A stretch of 64,000 nt of DNA from Oscillospiraceae bacterium. Lineage in GTDB: Bacteria > Bacillota > Clostridia > Oscillospirales > Ruminococcaceae. Shown here piece after piece: positions 9,135 through 15,377 of the stretch. The position numbers and the translations under genes were made by a program. Position 1 is the stretch's first letter. Each line of letters begins with the position of its first letter. The DNA lies in the NCBI GenBank assembly GCA_051891935.1, contig JBJFFR010000183.1:8665-72664 (forward strand), in the 5' to 3' direction. The notes beneath the pieces are model-generated. The model had not been told where the DNA came from. It did not search any database and saw nothing but the letters and a program-made list of their open reading frames with translations.

Positions 9135-9377
9135 TGTAAAGGCTATGATAAAGAGAGTAGCGGACATTTTCTCTTCCAAAGAGAGGGCGGACGGTGAAAG
9201 CGCCCGAAGAGCTTGTGCGTGAAGGACACTTTTGAGCCGCTGTATGTAAAAGTCTGACTAAAATACAGCCGTTTCCTGCGTTAAAGGGAGCAAAAGTTCG
9301 GAGATTATCCGATAAAATAGGGTGGCACCACGATCTTACAAGTCGTCCCTTGTTCACAGACAGGGACGGCTTTTATT
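9135..9377 (+). promoter_or_regulatory. T-box riboswitch leader
   Basis: Stem I elements (AGAGAG, GGTGAAAG), conserved T-box sequence AAATAGGGTGGCACCACG (9315-9332) and terminator cgtccct/agggacg plus T-run (9343-9377), directly upstream of an aaRS gene. Confidence 0.85.
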
Positions 9378-9409
9378 ATTTCGCAGATGAATTGAAAAGG
9401 AGTTTTTAT

Positions 9410-10738
9410 ATGGAGCTTATCACAAAAAGACCAAAGGGAACGCAGGACGTTAAGCCGTCCGATGTCTACAAGTGGCACACGGTTGAGCAGATTGCCGCTG
9501 AAACGGCAGAATGCTACGGCTTTAAGGAGATACGTTTCCCGACTTTCGAGAACACAAAGCTTTTTAAGCGCAGCGTAGGCGATTCGACCGACGTTGTACA
9601 GAAGGAAATGTATGGAGTTACCGCAAAAAGCTCCGCTAACGGCAAGGACGATGATGACTTCACGCTCCGTCCCGAGGGCACGGCAGGAGCAGCAAGAGCT
9701 GTTCTTGAAAACGGTATGCTTTCGGACGCACTTCCGCAGAAGGTCTACTACAACATTTCCTGCTTCAGACATGAAAAGCCGCAGGCTGGCAGGCTCCGTG
9801 AATTCCACCAGTTCGGCGCAGAAATGTACGGAAGTGCTTCACCTGCAGCAGATGCGGAAATGATAGCGATGGTTGACGCTTTCCTCCGCCGCCTTGGAAT
9901 AAAGGGAGTTGCGCTCAACATCAATTCTATCGGCTGTCCGAAGTGCCGCAGCGAATATCACAAGGCACTAAAGAGCTATTTTGAAGGCAGAAAGGACGAG
10001 CTTTGCGGAACCTGTCGGGAAAGACTTGAAAAGAATCCGATGCGAATCCTCGACTGCAAGAGCCCTATCTGTCAGGACATTGCAAAGGATGCGCCGGTTA
10101 TCCTTGACTATCTCTGCGAGGACTGCAGCAGCCACTTTGAAAAGCTGAAAAAGAACCTTACGGCGATGAATATTGAATTCACCGTAAATCCGAAGATCGT
10201 AAGAGGTCTTGACTATTACACAAAGACGGTTTTTGAGTTCGTTACAACGAGCATAGGTGCGCAGGGAACAGTCTGCGGCGGCGGACGTTATGACGGACTT
10301 ATCGAGCAGCTCGGAGGAAACCCGACGCCTGCTCTCGGTTTTGCGATGGGCATCGAGCGTCTTATCATGACTATGGAAAATCAGGGCTGCGATTTTATCG
10401 AGCCGAAGAAATGCGCTCTCTACATTGCTGCAATGGATGAGGCTGCGCTTGAAAAGGCGATCGTTCTGACAAAGACTCTCCGTGATGACGGTATCTGGGC
10501 GGAATACGATCTTGCAGGACGAGGAGTTAAGGCACAGATGAAGTATGCCGACAAGCTTGGTGCAGATTTCACCATGGTACTCGGCAGCAACGAGCTTGAA
10601 AGCGGCAAAGCACAGCTCAAAAATATGGAAACTGGTGAAAAGGTCGATATTTCCCTCGGTGACAGCTTCCTTGATGATTTTTCCAACATCTCGGTTGCAA
10701 ATATGTTCAGCGGTGTGCTGGATGATATTAATCTTTGA
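9410..10738 (+). CDS. hisS: Histidine--tRNA ligase
   Basis: Start MELITKRPKGTQD at ATG 9410 (RBS aaaagga). Class II motifs (FRHEKPQAGRLREFHQ, GGGRYD) and a C-terminal anticodon-binding domain. Confidence 0.95.
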   Translation: MELITKRPKGTQDVKPSDVYKWHTVEQIAAETAECYGFKEIRFPTFENTKLFKRSVGDSTDVVQKEMYGVTAKSSANGKDDDDFTLRPEGTAGAARAVLENGMLSDALPQKVYYNISCFRHEKPQAGRLREFHQFGAEMYGSASPAADAEMIAMVDAFLRRLGIKGVALNINSIGCPKCRSEYHKALKSYFEGRKDELCGTCRERLEKNPMRILDCKSPICQDIAKDAPVILDYLCEDCSSHFEKLKKNLTAMNIEFTVNPKIVRGLDYYTKTVFEFVTTSIGAQGTVCGGGRYDGLIEQLGGNPTPALGFAMGIERLIMTMENQGCDFIEPKKCALYIAAMDEAALEKAIVLTKTLRDDGIWAEYDLAGRGVKAQMKYADKLGADFTMVLGSNELESGKAQLKNMETGEKVDISLGDSFLDDFSNISVANMFSGVLDDINL

Positions 10739-11247
10739 TCGTGGAATATCCGAGAAGAAAACCGAACAGGCTAAAAGGGTATGATTACAGCGGAAACGGA
10801 ACGTATTTTATTACAATATGCACCCGAGACCGTGAATGTATTTTATCGGATATAAATGTAGGGGACGGGTTTCCCGTCCCGATTCTCACGGATTACGGCA
10901 GAGTATCCGATAGATTTATTAATTTTATCACAGAAAAGTTTCATACTGTATTTGTTGATAAATATGTTATAATGCCAAATCATATCCATCTTCTATTGGT
11001 TGTACAAAATTCGGACATTACCGCAGGCGGGACGGGAAACCCGTCCCCTACAATTGGGAATGTCGTTGGCTGGTTGAAATATCAGATAACCAAACAAATC
11101 AATGATATCCGCGGCATAGCCGGACAAAAAATTTTTCAGCGTTCCTATCACGACCACATTATCAGAAACGAAAAAGATTTTCAGATGATATGGAAATATA
11201 TTGACGAAAACCCTTTGAAATGGGAGAGTGACTGCTTTTATGTGTGA
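10735..11247 (+). CDS. IS200-like Y1 (HUH) transposase domain protein, RayT-like (REP-associated tyrosine transposase type)
   Basis: YDYSGNGTYFITICT, HUH motif in MPNHIHLLLV and C-terminal FQRSYHDHIIRNEKDF...ENPLKW. About 170 aa and single-domain. The TTG/GTG start overlaps the hisS stop. Confidence 0.75.
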   Translation: MIVEYPRRKPNRLKGYDYSGNGTYFITICTRDRECILSDINVGDGFPVPILTDYGRVSDRFINFITEKFHTVFVDKYVIMPNHIHLLLVVQNSDITAGGTGNPSPTIGNVVGWLKYQITKQINDIRGIAGQKIFQRSYHDHIIRNEKDFQMIWKYIDENPLKWESDCFYV

Positions 11248-11734
11248 AGAGATCAATGAAGCCGAAAGGAAGCGAGAAAAGAGATTGCTGCGACAGAAAT
11301 GGTTTGCTGCGATTTTGCTTATACTGGTTTTCGCCGTTCCTGCGGTTGTTATATTTGCCGATTCCTATGCAAGCTGGCATTTCTTTACAAAAAATCGCAT
11401 CAAAGAGCTTGAACAGATATTTTCGGTGACTTTTCCCGAGGACACCGCGTTTGAGCGATACTCCCTTCAGGCAGGTTGTTGCCACACCCTTTATATCACG
11501 GGAATCGCTTCTCCGGAGGATTTCTGCCGTGACTGCATAAATGGCAACATCAAATCTATGACTGATTTCCTTGCACAAAGTGTAGATGAAATACCGATAA
11601 AATCATGGTATGACGGCAGCCGCAGAAAAGCTGATTTTATGTGCAGTTATGATATGCCGAACAGCTACTCTACGACCGATGTATATTTCTTAAAAAACGA
11701 AAACGGCAGTTATGACGTTATATTTATAAAATAA
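11240..11734 (+). CDS. Hypothetical single-pass membrane protein
   Basis: ATG 11240 overlaps the RayT-like stop (ATGTGTGA). Basic N-terminus, one TM (WFAAILLILVFAVPAVVIFA) and a Cys-containing ectodomain. No family recognised. Confidence 0.5.
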   Translation: MCEEINEAERKREKRLLRQKWFAAILLILVFAVPAVVIFADSYASWHFFTKNRIKELEQIFSVTFPEDTAFERYSLQAGCCHTLYITGIASPEDFCRDCINGNIKSMTDFLAQSVDEIPIKSWYDGSRRKADFMCSYDMPNSYSTTDVYFLKNENGSYDVIFIK

Positions 11735-11766
11735 TTATATAAAATATATTGAAAGGAAGTTTTAAT

Positions 11767-13548
11767 ATGGCAGACACAATGGCAGGTCTTCACCGCACAC
11801 ATTACTGCGGCGAGGTCCTTAAAGCAGGAGAAACGGTTACGGTCGGCGGCTACGTTGACACGGTAAGAAACAAGGGCGGTATCATTTTCATGGTCGTTCG
11901 TGACAGAACGGGTATTGTTCAGCTCACCTTCAACGAAACAACGGACAAGGAGATATTTGAAAAGGCTGCGTCCTGCCACTCCGAATATGTTGTTATGGCA
12001 AAGGGTGAAGTCCGTGAGCGTGAGAGCATAAATGACAAGATCGCAACAGGTCATTTTGAGATATTTGTTGACGACCTCCGCATCCTTGCAAAGGCACAGA
12101 CCCCTCCGTTTGAGATCGTTGACGACACAAACACAAACGAGGAGCTTCGTCTTAAATACCGTTACCTTGACCTTCGCCGCAAGAAGCTCCAGGACAACAT
12201 CATAAAGAGAAGCAAGATTGCAAAGGTCGCAAGAGATTACTTTGCGGAGAACGGCTTTATTGAGATCGAAACACCGATGATGATAAAGTCCACTCCCGAG
12301 GGCGCAAGAGATTATCTTGTTCCGTCAAGAGTTCACCCCGGCAAGTTCTATGCTCTTCCGCAGTCACCGCAGATATACAAGCAGCTGCTTATGATCGCAG
12401 GCTTTGACAGATACATTCAGCTTGCTCGCTGCTTCCGTGATGAGGATCTCCGTGCGGACAGACAGCCAGAATTCACACAGATCGACCTTGAAATGTCCTT
12501 TGTTGACACGGAAGACATTATGCAGATGGCTGAAGGCTTTGTAAAGCGTGAATTCTCCGAGGTTCTCGGCATAGACATCCCGACTCCGCTCCCAAGGCTT
12601 ACCTATACAGAAGCTATGAACCGCTACGGTTCGGACAAGCCTGACACACGTTTTGAAATGGAGATCGTTGACATCACCGATACTGTCAAGGACACCGATT
12701 TTGTTGTGTTCAAATCTGCGATCGAAGCAGGCGGTTCGGTTCGTGCTATCACGGCAAAGAACTCCGCTGCAGCGCTTACAAGAAAAGAGATCGACAAGCT
12801 TATCGAACACGCAAAGGGCATTGGAGCAAAGGGTCTTGCTTACATCCGCTGGAATGATGACGCTCCCAACTGCTCGTTCGGTAAATTCCTCAAGGAAGGC
12901 GAGCTTGACGCTATTCTCAAGGCGACAGGAGCAGAAAAGGGCGATGTAGTTCTTATTGCAGCAGACAAGAACAGCTTTGTTCTTCCGCTTCTCGGTGCGC
13001 TTCGTCTTAAAGTTGCAAAGCAGCTTGATATGATCCCCGAGGGCAAGTTCAACTTCCTCTGGATCACAGAATTCCCGTTCTTTGAATGGAACGAAGAAAC
13101 ACAGCACTGGGACGCTATGCACCACCCGTTCACAATGCCGATGGATGAATGCTTACAGTATCTTGACAGCGACCCGAGCAAGGTATTCGCAAAGGCTTAC
13201 GACCTTGTTCTCAACGGCACGGAGCTTTCGAGCGGTTCTATTCGTATCACCGACTATGAGCTTCAGCAGAAGATGTTTGAATCGCTCGGACTTACCGATG
13301 AAGAGATCGAAGCGAAGTTCGGCTTCCTTGTTGACGCATACAAGTACGGTGCAGCTCCTCACGGCGGCATGGGAATCGGTCTTGACAGACTTTCTATGAT
13401 AATGTGCGGCGCAGACAATCTCCGTGACGTACTTGCATTCCCAAAGGTACAGAACGCATCCGAGCTTATGTCCTCCTGCCCTGCAGCAGTAGATAAGGAG
13501 AGCCTTGATATTCTCGGTATCGCTGTTACGGAAAAGGAAGAGGATTGA
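11767..13548 (+). CDS. aspS: Aspartate--tRNA ligase
   Basis: Start MADTMAGLHRTHYCGE (RBS gaaaggaag). Motif 2 FRDEDLRADRQPEFTQID and motif 3 GGMGIGLDRL. About 593 aa. Confidence 0.95.
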   Translation: MADTMAGLHRTHYCGEVLKAGETVTVGGYVDTVRNKGGIIFMVVRDRTGIVQLTFNETTDKEIFEKAASCHSEYVVMAKGEVRERESINDKIATGHFEIFVDDLRILAKAQTPPFEIVDDTNTNEELRLKYRYLDLRRKKLQDNIIKRSKIAKVARDYFAENGFIEIETPMMIKSTPEGARDYLVPSRVHPGKFYALPQSPQIYKQLLMIAGFDRYIQLARCFRDEDLRADRQPEFTQIDLEMSFVDTEDIMQMAEGFVKREFSEVLGIDIPTPLPRLTYTEAMNRYGSDKPDTRFEMEIVDITDTVKDTDFVVFKSAIEAGGSVRAITAKNSAAALTRKEIDKLIEHAKGIGAKGLAYIRWNDDAPNCSFGKFLKEGELDAILKATGAEKGDVVLIAADKNSFVLPLLGALRLKVAKQLDMIPEGKFNFLWITEFPFFEWNEETQHWDAMHHPFTMPMDECLQYLDSDPSKVFAKAYDLVLNGTELSSGSIRITDYELQQKMFESLGLTDEEIEAKFGFLVDAYKYGAAPHGGMGIGLDRLSMIMCGADNLRDVLAFPKVQNASELMSSCPAAVDKESLDILGIAVTEKEED

Positions 13549-13550
13549 TC

Positions 13551-13595
13551 TAATGCGTAATGCACTGCGAAGCTGGGCATCGTAATTGCGTAATT
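13551..13595 (+). repeat. Left inverted-repeat arm of the 13551-15377 island (heptad family)
   Basis: taatgcgtaatgcactgcgaagctgggcatcgtaattgcgtaatt. Its reverse complement recurs at 15326-15377 with one extra heptad. Confidence 0.9.
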
Positions 13596-13632
13596 ATTTT
13601 CAGCCGAAAGCATTTTTTCAATATACAAAACA

Positions 13633-13670
13633 CGCCGTTCACGGTTTTATTGATCGTGAACGGCGATTTT
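13633..13670 (+). terminator. Terminator hairpin after aspS (left copy of a 43-bp direct repeat)
   Basis: cgccgttcacg / cgtgaacggcg, an 11-bp stem. The 43-nt block 13623-13665 is repeated exactly at 15258-15300. Confidence 0.7.
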
Positions 13671-13689
13671 AATAAATCGGATAAAACAA

Positions 13690-13718
13690 TTGACAAAAGC
13701 CTATGTAACTGATAAAAT
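13690..13718 (+). promoter_or_regulatory. Promoter of small-ORF transcript, copy 1
   Basis: TTGACA (13690-13695), 17-bp spacer, TAAAAT (13713-13718). Confidence 0.6.
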
Positions 13719-13782
13719 AATGGTATGGGCATACCTAAACGGTAGGCGGTCAATCTTTGCTCCCTGAAAGGGGGGCGTTGCT

Positions 13783-13869
13783 ATGGGCGTTCTTGAAGTT
13801 TTAACTCTCGGACTACTTATTTGCGCTGTAATACAGCTAATGCAAAATAGCAATAACAAAAAGAAATAA
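13783..13869 (+). CDS. 28-aa hydrophobic peptide, candidate type I toxin, copy 1
   Basis: MGVLEVLTLGLLICAVIQLMQNSNNKKK. SD run GGGGGG lies 7 nt upstream and can pair with GCTCCC (13759-13764). The ORF is below the ORF-track size cutoff and is identical in copy 2. Confidence 0.55.
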   Translation: MGVLEVLTLGLLICAVIQLMQNSNNKKK

Positions 13870-13948
13870 CCGCCCCAGCTTCGAAATGCGGCGGTTAATC
13901 TTTCGCTTAAAGTTTCGGGAGCGACCGTCTATCGGTATTGCTCTCTTT
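13858..13948 (-). ncRNA. Predicted antisense RNA (candidate antitoxin), copy 1; ends approximate
   Basis: Starts about 7 nt downstream of the - strand promoter at 13955-13983. Runs through hairpin AACCGCC/GGCGGTT (13868-13896) into a T-rich tract (ttatttctttttgtt on the - strand) that overlaps the last codons of the small ORF. Confidence 0.45.
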
Positions 13949-13954
13949 ATAGTT

Positions 13955-13983
13955 ATTATAATCGCTTTTAACTGATATGTCAA
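13955..13983 (-). promoter_or_regulatory. Convergent consensus promoter, copy 1
   Basis: On the - strand: TTGACA (13983-13978), 17-bp spacer, TATAAT (13960-13955). Confidence 0.65.
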
Positions 13984-14033
13984 GATAAAAATCCTCTTTT
14001 TCAACGGCGATTTTAATAAATCGGATAAAACAA

Positions 14034-14062
14034 TTGACAAAAGCCTATGTAACTGATAAAAT
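14034..14062 (+). promoter_or_regulatory. Promoter of small-ORF transcript, copy 2
   Basis: Same TTGACA-17-TAAAAT arrangement, 344 bp downstream of copy 1. Confidence 0.6.
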
Positions 14063-14126
14063 AATGGTATGGGCATACCTAAACGGTAGGCGGTCAATCT
14101 TTGCTCCCTGAAAGGGGGGCGTTGCT

Positions 14127-14213
14127 ATGGGCGTTCTTGAAGTTTTAACTCTCGGACTACTTATTTGCGCTGTAATACAGCTAATGCAAAATAGCAATAA
14201 CAAAAAGAAATAA
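14127..14213 (+). CDS. 28-aa hydrophobic peptide, candidate type I toxin, copy 2
   Basis: Nucleotide-identical to 13783-13869, with the same RBS and 5' UTR hairpin. Confidence 0.55.
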   Translation: MGVLEVLTLGLLICAVIQLMQNSNNKKK

Positions 14214-14289
14214 CCGCCCCAGCTTCCAACTCGGCGGTTATTCTTACACCTAAAATTTGGGAGCGACCGTCTATCGGTATGCCCTCTTT
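14202..14289 (-). ncRNA. Predicted antisense RNA (candidate antitoxin), copy 2; ends approximate
   Basis: Downstream of the - strand promoter at 14296-14324. Hairpin stem AACCGCC/GGCGGTT is conserved (14212-14239), while the loop and body have diverged from copy 1. Confidence 0.45.
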
Positions 14290-14295
14290 ATATTT

Positions 14296-14324
14296 ATTAT
14301 AATCGCTTTTAACCGATATGTCAA
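14296..14324 (-). promoter_or_regulatory. Convergent consensus promoter, copy 2
   Basis: On the - strand: TTGACA (14324-14319), 17-bp spacer, TATAAT (14301-14296). Confidence 0.65.
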
Positions 14325-14468
14325 GAGAAAAAATTTCTTTTTCATTCAATCAACCGTCAGTTGATTTTTTAGGAAGGAATTAAACTGACATTCGTTTGAC
14401 ATTTTGGGTTTTTATATGCTAAAATAAAGTCAACAAAAGCTTTTGATTTTTAAAAAAGGAATGAAAAT

Positions 14469-15251
14469 ATGAATATCAGCATAGGTGAAAATATCAAAAC
14501 TCTTCGCAAAAAAATGGATGTCGGTCAGGACGTGCTTGCGAACGCTGTCAGCGTTTCCGTTCAGGCAGTTTCAAAATGGGAAACGGGACAATCGCTGCCC
14601 GATGTTGGAATAATCCCCGATATCGCAGCGTTCTTCGGAGTGAGTATTGACAGTCTTTTCTTCGGAGAAGCCGCAGACTGTACAAAATCGGACAGGCTTT
14701 CTCTTCCCGATGATGACAAGCTCTATATTGTTCAGGTTCGTAACGGCGAAATTCTTGACAGAGAAAAATGGGACAGAAATTCACACATAAAGCTCGCCGT
14801 TGAGGATTTCAAGGGTACGCTCCACGCCGAGATATGGGGCAGTGCGGACATAAAGGGAGATGTTGGAGGAAATGTGAATGCCGGTGACGGTGTTGCCTGT
14901 CAGAATGTAGGCGGAGATGTAAATTCAGGCAGCAGTACAGCTTGTCAGAACGTCAGCGGAGATATAAATTGCGGCGACAGTGTAAACTGCGGAAATGTCG
15001 GCGGTGGAATAAATTGCGGCGACAGTATAAACTGTGGGAATGTTGGTGGAGAAATAAACGCAGGCGACAGTGTGAACTGCGGAAATGTCAGCGGTTCGGT
15101 AAGTGCAAACAACCGTATCCGCTGCGGAAATATTTTCGATTGTCAAAAGATATCCTGTGAAACGCTCTATGCCGAGGGCAGTATAGAATGTGGTTCGATC
15201 GAATGCGGCGGAGATATCCACACAGGGGAAAAAATAAATGGGGTGAACTGA
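14469..15251 (+). CDS. XRE-family HTH protein with C-terminal Gly/Asn/Cys-rich 15-residue repeats (possible beta-helix, bactofilin-like)
   Basis: N-terminal HTH_3-like (IKTLRKKMDVGQDVLANAVSVSVQAVSKWETGQSLPD). Residues 133-222 form six 15-aa repeats (GGDVNSGSSTACQNV / SGDINCGDSVNCGNV ...). Confidence 0.7.
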   Translation: MNISIGENIKTLRKKMDVGQDVLANAVSVSVQAVSKWETGQSLPDVGIIPDIAAFFGVSIDSLFFGEAADCTKSDRLSLPDDDKLYIVQVRNGEILDREKWDRNSHIKLAVEDFKGTLHAEIWGSADIKGDVGGNVNAGDGVACQNVGGDVNSGSSTACQNVSGDINCGDSVNCGNVGGGINCGDSINCGNVGGEINAGDSVNCGNVSGSVSANNRIRCGNIFDCQKISCETLYAEGSIECGSIECGGDIHTGEKINGVN

Positions 15252-15267
15252 GATTTTATACAAAACA

Positions 15268-15311
15268 CGCCGTTCACGGTTTTATTGATCGTGAACGGCG
15301 TGTTCGTTTTT
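15268..15311 (+). terminator. Terminator hairpin (right copy of the 43-bp direct repeat)
   Basis: Same cgccgttcacg / cgtgaacggcg stem, followed by tgttcgttttt. Confidence 0.7.
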
Positions 15312-15325
15312 ATTATTATCAAATC

Positions 15326-15377
15326 AATTACGCAATTACGATGCCCAGCTTCGCAGTGCATTACGAATTACGCATTA
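15326..15377 (-). repeat. Right inverted-repeat arm of the island (heptad family)
   Basis: aattacgcaattacgatgcccagcttcgcagtgcattacgaattacgcatta is the reverse complement of 13551-13595 plus one extra heptad. It contains the ppk1 stop codon. Confidence 0.9.

Noticed and set aside
10735-11247. Active IS200/IS605 insertion sequence
   Set aside because: There are no subterminal hairpins or element ends around the gene, and its start and stop overlap the neighbouring genes. It is more consistent with a domesticated RayT-type gene.
13550-14097. Two - strand ORFs (13550-13753 and 13837-14097), both starting MTAYRLGMPIPLFYQLHRLLSIVLSDLLKSP
   Set aside because: The shared N-termini only reflect the 344-bp tandem duplication. 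Both have TTG starts without an RBS, run antisense through the small-ORF promoter and 5' UTR, and their C-termini differ completely.
13659-14350. Possible CRISPR array or other short-repeat array
   Set aside because: There are only two units of 344 bp, directly abutting with no spacers. There are no cas genes, and each unit contains promoters and an ORF.
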